Shown here piece after piece: positions 1 to 7,798 of a stretch of 30,654 nucleotides of DNA; positions within the stretch are counted from its first letter, which is position 1; each line of letters opens with the position of its first letter. The position numbers and the translations under genes were made by a program. The notes below the pieces were generated by a model. It did no database searches and was not told the origin of the DNA. It saw only the letters and a program-made list of their open reading frames with translations. This DNA is from a virus (taxonomy: Duplodnaviria; Caudoviricetes): positions 1 to 30,654 of the IMG/VR virus record IMGVR_UViG_3300022902_000054. One strand, 5' to 3'.

Positions 1-2
1 GG

Positions 3-122
3 TTCTGTTCTGCTTGTGGTGCAGAAAATTACGGTCTTGCATATTGGTGCATTAAGTGTGGTGCATTCCCACAAGAGGAAAATAATAAAAAAACGCAACA
101 GAAACGCCACTCTGATGATTAA
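3..122 (+). CDS. Partial (5'-truncated) small protein with RanBP2-type Zn-finger motif
   Basis: Hand translation: FCSACGAENYGLAYWCIKCGAFPQEENNKKTQQKRHSDD*; C-x2-C-x3-N-x6-C-x2-C spacing; TAA at 120-122; not in ORF track. Confidence 0.7.
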   Translation, partial: FCSACGAENYGLAYWCIKCGAFPQEENNKKTQQKRHSDD

Positions 123-154
123 CATATTACGCTAAATAATATATTAAGGTTAAT

Positions 155-358
155 ATGATACCGAAAAAAATAGTCAACCAAGTATTTGAAAGGGACAACT
201 ATTCTTGTCAATTATGCCCAAGACAATACCACTTTGACGATCATTCTTTACACTGTCACCATATCAAGCTAAAAAGCCAAGGTGGGAAGGATACAGTAAA
301 GAACCTTTTATCAGTATGTTGGGAATGTCACAATAAAATACATGAACATAAAATATGA
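155..358 (+). CDS. HNH endonuclease (minimal)
   Basis: VFERDNYSCQLC...HHIKLKSQGGKDTVKNLLSVCWECHNKIH HNH signature. Confidence 0.9.
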   Translation: MIPKKIVNQVFERDNYSCQLCPRQYHFDDHSLHCHHIKLKSQGGKDTVKNLLSVCWECHNKIHEHKI

Positions 359-366
359 TTTATTTA

Positions 367-405
367 TGGACTTTTTTATTTATAAGTATAAAGTAGTAGT
401 ATAAT
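367..405 (+). promoter_or_regulatory. Possible sigma70-type promoter(s) for the cro/replication operon
   Basis: AT-rich intergenic; TGGACT (367-372) N16 TAAAGT (389-394); perfect TATAAT at 400-405; RBS AAGGGGG just before ATG 423. Confidence 0.4.
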
Positions 406-422
406 AACAATAAGGGGGAAAT

Positions 423-587
423 ATGGATTTTAAAAAGGCAAGAGAAAAGTTAGGCATGACACAAATTGATATTTCAAAAGCTGTTGGGGTAAGTGTTGTT
501 TCTTATCGGTTATGGGAACAGGGTGGGGGAAAACCGACTCCTGAAAATTTGAAGAAACTCAAAAAAGTTTTACGCATTAAGGATTAG
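423..587 (+). CDS. XRE/Cro-like helix-turn-helix regulator (54 aa)
   Basis: MDFKKAREKLGMTQIDISKAVGVSVVSYRLWEQGGGKPTPENLKKLKKVLRIKD*, typical HTH_3 pattern; strong RBS; directly upstream of the replication initiator; missed by ORF track. Confidence 0.88.
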   Translation: MDFKKAREKLGMTQIDISKAVGVSVVSYRLWEQGGGKPTPENLKKLKKVLRIKD

Positions 588-589
588 GT

Positions 590-1297
590 ATGGATCGGGG
601 ATATATCCGGTTATGGAGAAAATCATTAGACGGTGGTCTTCTTAAAAACCATAATGTTTGGGTTTTTTGGAGTTGGTGTTTAATGAAAGCTAACCATACA
701 AAAGATAAAAAATTTGTAGTTGGTTTCCAAGAGATATATTTACAACCTGGAGAGTTTATTTTTGGTAGAAAAAAGGCAGCGGAAGAAACTGGACTGTCAG
801 AACAGAAAATCAGAACGTGTTTAACTTTTTTAAAAAAGTCTAAAAATCTAACCATCAAACCAACCAACAAATTTAGTATAGTATCTATAGCAAATTGGAA
901 GACTTACCAGTTTTGTGATGATGCAATCAACCAGCAATCTAACCAACAACTAACCAGCAAACAACCAGCAAGTAACCAGCAAGTAACCACAAACAAGAAC
1001 AAGAGAACAAAAGAACAGAAGAACAAAAGAAGAAAGAAGCCTTTTTTACCACCGACAAAAGACCAAGTTATAAATTATTTTATTGAGAATGGGTTTGATG
1101 CTAATAAGGGTTCTGATGCTTTTGAATTTTATGATTGTGCAGAGTGGTATGATTCCAGGGGCAACAAGGTAAATAGTTGGAAGCAAAAAATGCGGAGTGT
1201 TTGGTTTAAAGAAGATAATAAAGTAAATAACAATAAAGGAATGACCAATGCTGAAAGATGGGTTCAGCAAAGGAAAGGTGAACAAAATGCAAAATGA
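590..1297 (+). CDS. Phage replication initiator (replisome organizer, lambda O-like)
   Basis: N-term GYIRLWRKSLD..WCLMKANH..LQPGEFIFGRKK..IRTCL wHTH; low-complexity N/Q/K linker with iterons; C-term PPT..FYD..W..KVNSWKQKMRSVW domain. Confidence 0.85.
   Translation: MDRGYIRLWRKSLDGGLLKNHNVWVFWSWCLMKANHTKDKKFVVGFQEIYLQPGEFIFGRKKAAEETGLSEQKIRTCLTFLKKSKNLTIKPTNKFSIVSIANWKTYQFCDDAINQQSNQQLTSKQPASNQQVTTNKNKRTKEQKNKRRKKPFLPPTKDQVINYFIENGFDANKGSDAFEFYDCAEWYDSRGNKVNSWKQKMRSVWFKEDNKVNNNKGMTNAERWVQQRKGEQNAK
850..1085. repeat. Probable replication origin: iteron array inside the initiator gene
   Basis: AACCAGCAA-like 9-mers at 850, 862, 929, 941, 952, 963, 974, 985 (11-12 bp period), then an A/G-rich tract and an AT-rich stretch. 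Confidence 0.7.
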
Positions 1298-2213
1298 TTT
1301 TATAAAAGAGTTCGCAACTTTATATCTTGCAACATATTCTATTTATAAACGTCCAAGAGATTCAGACCCTAACCCTGTTGTATATGAGCTTTTCTATGAA
1401 GCTGTAAAGAAGTTTGGACATGATGCTGTTAAAGCTGCTTTTTCTGTCCATATTCAAAGCCCTGATAATGGTCAGTGGATGCCTAAACCAGCAGATATTG
1501 TAAGGATCATTGAAGGGACTTCAAAAGACAATGCTTTGGTTGCATGGTCAAAACTTAAAAAAACAATCAGTGCTGTTGGTTCTTATGAAACAGTTGTTTT
1601 TAATGATCCAATTATTCATGCTGTAGTTCAGGATATGGGTGGTTGGATTTTCTTATGTTCAACAACTGAAAAAGAATTACCATTTAAAAAGAATGAATTC
1701 CAATCAAGATATTACGATTATAAAAGCAAAAGTGATGTTCCGGTTTATCCTGCTAAATTGTATGGGACCCATGAATCAGAAAACTTACAAAAAGGATACC
1801 TGGAACATATATCAGAACCTAATTTAATCGGAAATCCTGTAAAGGCAGAGGAAGTTTTAAGGCTTGGGTCCAATAAACCTTCTTTAATGATTACAAAAGG
1901 GGAAAATAAAGGTCTTAAAAAGATAGGGCTAAATATCGGTGACGTAAGCTGTAATTTATTTAATACCAAAGGGGGGAATATGACCTGGATAAGAGTTGAG
2001 GACAAGTTACCAGAAGAAGGGCAAAGGGTCATTTATTATTTTGAGCATACCGGAATAGATATTGGCAGATATAGCAAGGTTAAATATCTAAAAGAATTTA
2101 TTGGGTCTGATAAGGTTATCTATGGTGATTGTTTCCACGGGAATGGTGGGTGGTTAATAGACGATGTAACTCATTGGATGCCAGTACCAGATAAACCTGG
2201 AAAGGTTAAATAA
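1287..2213 (+). CDS. DUF6475-like replication partner fused in frame to a DUF551-like domain
   Basis: Likely start ATG 1287 (RBS AGGAAAGGTG, overlaps initiator end); WMPKPADIV..VGSYETVVFNDPIIHAVVQDMGGW typical of the gene after phage initiators; C-term WIRVEDKLPE...VTHWMPVP is DUF551-like, with its own RBS+ATG at 1980. Confidence 0.7.
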   Translation: MQNDFIKEFATLYLATYSIYKRPRDSDPNPVVYELFYEAVKKFGHDAVKAAFSVHIQSPDNGQWMPKPADIVRIIEGTSKDNALVAWSKLKKTISAVGSYETVVFNDPIIHAVVQDMGGWIFLCSTTEKELPFKKNEFQSRYYDYKSKSDVPVYPAKLYGTHESENLQKGYLEHISEPNLIGNPVKAEEVLRLGSNKPSLMITKGENKGLKKIGLNIGDVSCNLFNTKGGNMTWIRVEDKLPEEGQRVIYYFEHTGIDIGRYSKVKYLKEFIGSDKVIYGDCFHGNGGWLIDDVTHWMPVPDKPGKVK

Positions 2214-2242
2214 CCAAAGGAATATAAATAGGAGAATTAGAA

Positions 2243-2488
2243 ATGAGAAGCGTAAAGACAGACAAATTATTTAAGGTCAACCTAAAAGGTACATATGGGA
2301 CCGGATGTGGAGTTAAATATCATCGGTCTTATGTGGTAGCAAAGACGATGGATGGGGCTTATAAAAAAGTTAGAGATTATCTTGATGGTGCGGATATTGG
2401 TTTTTCATCTGATCGTGAATTAGATTCTATTGAACTGGTTGCAGAGGATTATGAATATACGGACGTTCGGACAAGATTATTTCAATAA
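2243..2488 (+). CDS. Hypothetical phage protein
   Basis: 81-aa ORF with AGGAG RBS. Confidence 0.75.
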   Translation: MRSVKTDKLFKVNLKGTYGTGCGVKYHRSYVVAKTMDGAYKKVRDYLDGADIGFSSDRELDSIELVAEDYEYTDVRTRLFQ

Positions 2489-2529
2489 TAAGGAGAATCA
2501 AAAGATGAAAATCCAGAACTATTAAACCA

Positions 2530-2709
2530 ATGAAAATAATCCTAATATCAATCCTGTTCCTAACATCATGCAACTATACACCGGAGAAGTTAGATTTAGG
2601 CGATTACAAGCCGATTCAATTTAATTCAGGGTATGAACCTGGACCCAAGTGGATTATCAGGGATAGAGGGCTAAAAACTAAATATTGGAGGAAAGATGAA
2701 CAAGAATAA
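2530..2709 (+). CDS. Small predicted lipoprotein (59 aa)
   Basis: MKIILISILFLTS-CNYTPEK...: basic N-terminus, hydrophobic core, lipobox LTSC; missed by ORF track. Confidence 0.65.
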   Translation: MKIILISILFLTSCNYTPEKLDLGDYKPIQFNSGYEPGPKWIIRDRGLKTKYWRKDEQE

Positions 2710-2956
2710 AAAGAGTTTTGTCTATTATTTTCTGGATAGGAATAAGCTTTCAATCAAGGTAATCCGGATCAAGAAAAACAGTCCTTTTGAGGTCGGGATT
2801 ATCAGGAATAAAATGGAAAGGAAGTTGTTTGATTTAATGTCAAAAAAGTTCAAAAAAGACTTTCCAAAGATAAGGGTCTTACAGTATCTAAACAGTAAAA
2901 AAGAGGTCTTGCACCATCATAAACCAGGATTAGACTACAAACTTGAACAGCTTTGA
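2696..2956 (+). CDS. Hypothetical basic protein
   Basis: 86-aa ORF, RBS GGAGG before ATG. Confidence 0.7.
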   Translation: MNKNKKSFVYYFLDRNKLSIKVIRIKKNSPFEVGIIRNKMERKLFDLMSKKFKKDFPKIRVLQYLNSKKEVLHHHKPGLDYKLEQL

Positions 2957-3066
2957 TTGTCAAGGGTTTTAAAGGGAAATTAAGATTCAGCTTAGAGCAA
3001 GATATTGGCTCATTGCTATTATTTTTATAGAATATCCTTGATTTACTCTATTTCTCATGTAAATAT

Positions 3067-3306
3067 ATGGTATATTCCGAAAAAGATTACCTTTTATGGG
3101 GTTTGCTTTTGAATTTTAAAAAAAACAGGCAGGAGAAAAGAGAACATGAATCTGCTGTATATTATTTTTTAAGGGGCAACACTATCAACCGGCTTGAACC
3201 AATTAAGCTCCCAAAAGAAACAACCATTCCTATTTTCCTAAAGGGTAAACATATTCACGGTCAACCAAGTGGTTGCTTTAAAGTTCCATCTTACTACGCA
3301 GGATAA
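3067..3306 (+). CDS. Hypothetical protein (start uncertain)
   Basis: ORF ends 4 nt before the HNH start; weak resemblance to the SutA-type FLxRGGxI motif. Confidence 0.5.
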   Translation: MVYSEKDYLLWGLLLNFKKNRQEKREHESAVYYFLRGNTINRLEPIKLPKETTIPIFLKGKHIHGQPSGCFKVPSYYAG

Positions 3307-3310
3307 TATA

Positions 3311-3688
3311 ATGCCGGTAACTCCCAAGAAACCATGCAGGAAATGTAAAAGGGTTTTAACTATAGAAACCTATTGCCCTGTTTGCGGACCGGTCATAGAA
3401 CAACGCAAAAAACTTTCAGCAGGAAAGTATGATTCAAAGCGGGGCAACTCTGCACAACGTGGTTATGATGCAGACTGGTTATTTATCAGGAGTAAAAAGA
3501 TTAATAAGGATTCTCTTTGTGAAGTCTGCCTTAAAAGTAAAAAGTTTATCATTGCAACATTGGTTCATCATATAAAACCGATTGAAACCCATCCACAATT
3601 AAGATTAACATTATCAAACCTTCAAAGCGTTTGTATATCTTGCCATGAAATAATCCATAAAAGAAGGGCAGCACAATGGGCAAGCTAA
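3311..3688 (+). CDS. Packaging-associated HNH endonuclease (HK97 gp74-like)
   Basis: MPVTPKKPC..RGNSAQRGYDADW..LCEVC..VHHIKP..NLQSVCISCHEIIH; upstream of terminase; likely start ATG 3311. Confidence 0.9.
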   Translation: MPVTPKKPCRKCKRVLTIETYCPVCGPVIEQRKKLSAGKYDSKRGNSAQRGYDADWLFIRSKKINKDSLCEVCLKSKKFIIATLVHHIKPIETHPQLRLTLSNLQSVCISCHEIIHKRRAAQWAS

Positions 3689-4224
3689 CAATCAAATCAA
3701 AAGAAAGAAGGAAGTGGATTAAGAGAATGAGGGTATTCCTTGGATTGTGTCGTGGTTGCGGAGAAGATTCACCGGTTACAATGCTTTGTGATAAGTGCAG
3801 GACTCAACAGGTTGAAAGAGCAAAGAAGGTTAAGAGATTGAATAGAGAGAAGGACTTGTGTATTTGTGGACAACCTAAGTTGAAACGATCCGAACAATGC
3901 CAAAGATGTTATCAGACTAAAAGAAAATACAATGGCAACTATTATTACAGCAGCAAAGATTTACCGGTTGAGAATTTTGTTGAAAAAGTTGATGTATTCT
4001 TTCTATATAACAGAGATGGTGGGAAATGCCAGATATGTATATCTCAACTGAAGATGGAAACAAGATTTCCGGACTTAATGACACCGACTATTGACCATAT
4101 AATTCCGTTGAGCAAAAACGGAGAGCATAGCAAGAAGAATACTCAATTATGCTGTTTCCTATGTAATAGCAAGAAAGGCACAAAGGTACTATCTAACGAA
4201 AACCAAGGAAGGTTGGTAGGATGA
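3676..4224 (+). CDS. HNH endonuclease with N-terminal Zn-finger repeats
   Basis: Several CxxC pairs; RDGGKCQIC..TIDHIIPLSKNGEHSKKNTQLCCFLCNSKKG. Confidence 0.88.
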   Translation: MGKLTIKSKERRKWIKRMRVFLGLCRGCGEDSPVTMLCDKCRTQQVERAKKVKRLNREKDLCICGQPKLKRSEQCQRCYQTKRKYNGNYYYSSKDLPVENFVEKVDVFFLYNRDGGKCQICISQLKMETRFPDLMTPTIDHIIPLSKNGEHSKKNTQLCCFLCNSKKGTKVLSNENQGRLVG

Positions 4225-4249
4225 TTTGTAGGTTAGGCATAACAAGGCA

Positions 4250-4336
4250 CGGCAGGGGGGTCTTTTTTAAAAAGAGTTTTTATCTCTTGACCGAATGGTC
4301 AGCTTTTTTCTTCCTATGCCAAATTAAAGCGAGGGG
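4250..4336. other. Candidate cos / packaging initiation region
   Basis: Non-coding gap after HNH and before the packaging genes, as in HK97-like cos phages; G-run then dyads TCTTTTT-T-AAAAAGA (4261-4275), AAGAG..CTCTT (4272-4288), TGACC-GAAT-GGTCA (4288-4301). Confidence 0.45.
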
Positions 4337-4341
4337 ACGTC

Positions 4342-5496
4342 ATTAAAATAAAAGAATGTGAAATAGAAACGCTAATTCCTTACATTAACAATGCCAGGAC
4401 TCATTCAGATGAACAGGTGGCACAGATAGCTGCCAGCATAAAAGAGTTCGGGTTTAACAATCCTATATTGTGTGATGGGGATAAGGGTATCATTGCCGGT
4501 CATGGTCGATTGATGGCAGCAAGAAGGCTTGGACTTTCTAAAGCCCCAGTGATTGAGCTTTCACATTTATCTGACATACAAAAGAAGGCTTATATCCTTG
4601 CTGATAATCGATTGGCAGACAATGCCGGTTGGGATGAGGAACTTATAGGGATCGAACTTGAAGCATTGAGTGCAGAGGAATTTGATATTGAGTTGACCGG
4701 CTTTAGTTTAGAAGAAGAAAAGAAAGGGTTGACCGAAGATGATGCTGTTCCAGAGGTTGAAGAATCTATTTGTGTCCTGGGGGACTTGTGGATACTTGGT
4801 GAACACCGGCTTTTATGTGGTGACAGCACAGACATTGAACAGGTTGAAAGATTGATGGATGGACATAAGGCGGATATGGTTTTTACTGATCCGCCTTATG
4901 GGATGGGTCTTGATACTGACTACTCTCAAATGAGTCATAAAGAGGATTCTAAGAAATCCAAAGGTGTCAAAGACAGTAAGGAATATAGGCCCGTAATTGG
5001 TGATGATAAGCCGTTTGACATGGGACTGTTTGACTGGATTGATTGCAAAGAACAGTTTTGGTGGGGTGCTGATTATTATAGAGAAACAATACCAAAGGAT
5101 GGCGCTTGGTTTGTGTGGGATAAAAGAACAGAAGATAATTTTGATAAAATGTATGGAAATACATTTGAATTGTGCTTTTCAAAGCAAGTTCACAAAAGGA
5201 TGGTATTGAGAATCAGGTGGTGCGGAATATTTGGGAGTGAACAAGAGAGAGGTTCAAATAGGGTACATCCAACACAGAAGCCGATAGAGTTATGTCAATG
5301 GTTTATCGATAAGTTTTCACAAGTTGATGGTCGTGTTTTTGATGGATTCCTCGGTTCAGGCAGCACATTAATAGCCTGTGAAAAAACAAACCGCAAATGC
5401 TACGGCATGGAATTAGACCCACATTATTGTGATGTAATTATAAAACGGTGGGAAGAATACACCGGTGGAAAGGCGGTCTTAAATGGCAGGGCGTAA
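4342..5496 (+). CDS. ParB/Srx-like N-terminal domain + beta-class N6-adenine/N4-cytosine DNA methyltransferase; probable ATT start
   Basis: LIPYINNARTHSDEQVAQIAASIKEFGF..IIAGHGRLMAA (ParB-like); DPPY precedes HPTQKP and FLGSGST (beta order); the conserved N-terminus extends upstream of GTG 4417. Confidence 0.9.
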   Translation: MKIKECEIETLIPYINNARTHSDEQVAQIAASIKEFGFNNPILCDGDKGIIAGHGRLMAARRLGLSKAPVIELSHLSDIQKKAYILADNRLADNAGWDEELIGIELEALSAEEFDIELTGFSLEEEKKGLTEDDAVPEVEESICVLGDLWILGEHRLLCGDSTDIEQVERLMDGHKADMVFTDPPYGMGLDTDYSQMSHKEDSKKSKGVKDSKEYRPVIGDDKPFDMGLFDWIDCKEQFWWGADYYRETIPKDGAWFVWDKRTEDNFDKMYGNTFELCFSKQVHKRMVLRIRWCGIFGSEQERGSNRVHPTQKPIELCQWFIDKFSQVDGRVFDGFLGSGSTLIACEKTNRKCYGMELDPHYCDVIIKRWEEYTGGKAVLNGRA

Positions 5497-5941
5497 AAAA
5501 TTGCCGACACAACTAAAGTTATTAAAAGGGACACAACGGGCAGACCGGTTAAACCCAAATGAACCGATGCCTGATATTGGTATTCCAGAACCACCGGAGT
5601 TTTTATCAGAAGCAGGGCTTATTGAATGGAACAGGATTTCAAAGCAATTGGTTGACCTGGGGCTTCTTTCTAAAATAGATATGGCAGCATTGGCAATATA
5701 TTGTCAGGCTTGGGGAAGGGTTGTAAAATATGAGAAGATCATTGCAGGCAAAGGAGAATTATATAAAACAAGTAACGGTAATATTATTCTTTCTCCTGCA
5801 ATGTGGGTTTTAAACAAAGCCTATGAACAAGTATACAAGTTTGCAGGGGAATTCGGAATGTCACCGGCAAAGAGGGCAAGTGTTACTGCAACGAAGGTTA
5901 AAGATAAAAAGAAAGACAAGTTTAAGGAGTTCGGCACTTGA
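5483..5941 (+). CDS. terS: Terminase small subunit (P27 family)
   Basis: MAGRKKLPTQLKLLKGT..PEPPEFLS..EW..LAIYCQAW..EFGMSPAKR pattern; precedes TerL. Confidence 0.92.
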   Translation: MAGRKKLPTQLKLLKGTQRADRLNPNEPMPDIGIPEPPEFLSEAGLIEWNRISKQLVDLGLLSKIDMAALAIYCQAWGRVVKYEKIIAGKGELYKTSNGNIILSPAMWVLNKAYEQVYKFAGEFGMSPAKRASVTATKVKDKKKDKFKEFGT

Positions 5942-7632
5942 AGCATCCTTTAACAAATAAAGCGAACAAGTATGCCAGGGATTGTGTTTCTGGCAAGGTT
6001 AATGTTTGCTTACAGGTTATCCAGGCTTGCCAAAGGCATCTTGACGATATGGAAAGAAAAGACTTTCCGTTTGAATTCGATATGGATAAGTGCGAAAGGT
6101 TTTTAAGGTTCGGGGAACTGATGCCCCATTCAAAAGGGGATTTAAGCGGGAAAACGCTAAAGTGGGAACCTTGGCAATGTTTTTGTTTTGGGGTTCCTTT
6201 CGGGTGGGTCAGGAAAGATAATGGTCTAAGACGGTTCAATGAAATGTTTTTACTGATACCAAGAAAGAACGGGAAAAGTTTTGGTGCTGCAGTTGTCGGG
6301 AATTATATGTTTTCAGCCGATGGTGAAAAAGGGGCAGAGGTTTATAGTGCTGCCGGCTCAGAGAAACAGGCAGACTTTGTATTTGCTCCTGCCTGGAAAA
6401 TGGCGAAACAAACACCGGCATATAAAAACCGATTTAATATAACCTTAATGGGAACACCGGAAAACCCTGGAAAAATGTGTTCCTTGTCTGATGGTTCTTT
6501 TTTTGAAAGAGTGATCGGCAATCCTGGGGACGGTGGGAATCCTCATTGCTGGATACAAGACGAATACCACGAGTCTAAGACCAAAGACTCCTATGATACC
6601 GGAAAGACCGGCATGGGGTCCAGGAAACAGCCTATGCTATTGTCAGTCACAACAGCAGGGACAAATACCAAAGTTCCATGCTTTGATTTACAAAAAAGGG
6701 TTGAAAAAATATTGTCCGGTGATCTTGTAAATGAAGAATTGTTTGCTGTAATTTATACGATTGATAAGGATGATAAATGGGAAAACTTTGAAACCTGGAA
6801 AAAAGCGAATCCGAATTTAGGTGTTTCAGTTTTAGAACCTTATTTAAGGTCACAGCTTCACACGGCCTTGCAGTCACCACGGGACCAGAATTCAGTTAAA
6901 TGTAAACACTTAAACGTATGGTCAAATGCTGGTCAGGCTTGGATGAATATGGTCGAATGGGGTAAATGTGAAGAAAACCTTAACATAAACGACTTCAAAG
7001 GGCTTCCGGTTTCTCTTGGATTGGACTTGGCATCTAAGATTGATATTGCATCCAAGATGTATCTTTTTAAAAAAATCATTGATGCTAAGAGTCATTATTA
7101 CCTGTTCTCAAGGCATTGGATACCGGAAGAACGGACATTTGACGAAGAATATGCCCATTATGCCGGTTGGGTGCATACAGGCTTTTTAACGGCAACTCCA
7201 GGTGCGAGGATTGATATACATGAGATTCAGGAAACAATAAAACAGGATGCAAAAGATTTTGATTTATCCGGATCAGAGAATGGTGGTGGTGAAGTCTGCA
7301 ACGATCCTTGGAATGCACAGCAGCTTATAACAAATTTATTAAATGTCGGGGTCCAGTGTGTGGAGATACCTCAAAATGTTTCTTTCTTGTCTGAACCAAT
7401 GAAAGAGATTGAAGCGTGTATCAGGGATGGAAGTTTTCACCATGACGGGAATCCGGTCACAACCTGGATGATGGCAAATGTTTGTTGCAGGGTTGATAAA
7501 AAAGATAATATTTTCCCTTTTAAAGAAGGGGATGAAAATAAAATAGACGGTGCTGTTGCAACAATAACGGCAATGGCAAGGGCAATGTATGATGAAGGCA
7601 TAAAATCAACACCGGTTCCAACATTTGTATGA
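5938..7632 (+). CDS. terL: Terminase large subunit
   Basis: Walker A IPRKNGKS, Walker B WIQDEYH, TTAG, nuclease motifs GLDLAS and KIDGAVA; TTG start with AAGGAG RBS. Confidence 0.97.
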   Translation: MKHPLTNKANKYARDCVSGKVNVCLQVIQACQRHLDDMERKDFPFEFDMDKCERFLRFGELMPHSKGDLSGKTLKWEPWQCFCFGVPFGWVRKDNGLRRFNEMFLLIPRKNGKSFGAAVVGNYMFSADGEKGAEVYSAAGSEKQADFVFAPAWKMAKQTPAYKNRFNITLMGTPENPGKMCSLSDGSFFERVIGNPGDGGNPHCWIQDEYHESKTKDSYDTGKTGMGSRKQPMLLSVTTAGTNTKVPCFDLQKRVEKILSGDLVNEELFAVIYTIDKDDKWENFETWKKANPNLGVSVLEPYLRSQLHTALQSPRDQNSVKCKHLNVWSNAGQAWMNMVEWGKCEENLNINDFKGLPVSLGLDLASKIDIASKMYLFKKIIDAKSHYYLFSRHWIPEERTFDEEYAHYAGWVHTGFLTATPGARIDIHEIQETIKQDAKDFDLSGSENGGGEVCNDPWNAQQLITNLLNVGVQCVEIPQNVSFLSEPMKEIEACIRDGSFHHDGNPVTTWMMANVCCRVDKKDNIFPFKEGDENKIDGAVATITAMARAMYDEGIKSTPVPTFV

Positions 7633-7639
7633 GGTTATT

Positions 7640-7795
7640 ATGAAAATTGATTTGTCGGATTTATTAATACTGCTTGGTTTGGGGTTGATGGGGTACGGTC
7701 TTTATTTGTTTCAGTCCTTGCCTGTATCAATCATTTCAGTTGGTATAATTATTTTAAACTTTGGAATATTACGGTCAATCGTGGGCAAAAGGTAA
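7640..7795 (+). CDS. Small two-TM membrane protein between terL and portal (51 aa)
   Basis: MKIDLSDLLILLGLGLMGYGLYLFQSLPVSIISVGIIILNFGILRSIVGKR*; GAGG RBS; common position in HK97-like phages; missed by ORF track. Confidence 0.8.
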   Translation: MKIDLSDLLILLGLGLMGYGLYLFQSLPVSIISVGIIILNFGILRSIVGKR

Positions 7796-7798
7796 AAT

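Noticed and set aside
929-993. Short repeat array as a mini-CRISPR
   Set aside because: 9-bp units with 2-3 bp gaps and no spacers; fits iterons
3131-3172. AGGAG + ATG 3146 minigene MNLLYIIF
   Set aside because: Lies inside the longer 3067-3306 frame with long RBS spacing; probably chance, though not excluded
2696-3306. Shared VYYFL in two neighbouring ORFs suggesting paralogy
   Set aside because: Only five residues in AT-rich sequence; the flanks do not align
4231-4250. Sigma54 promoter (TAGGCATAACAAGGCA)
   Set aside because: GG-to-GC spacing is 9, not the required 10; TGGCTCATTGC near 3006 also has the wrong spacing
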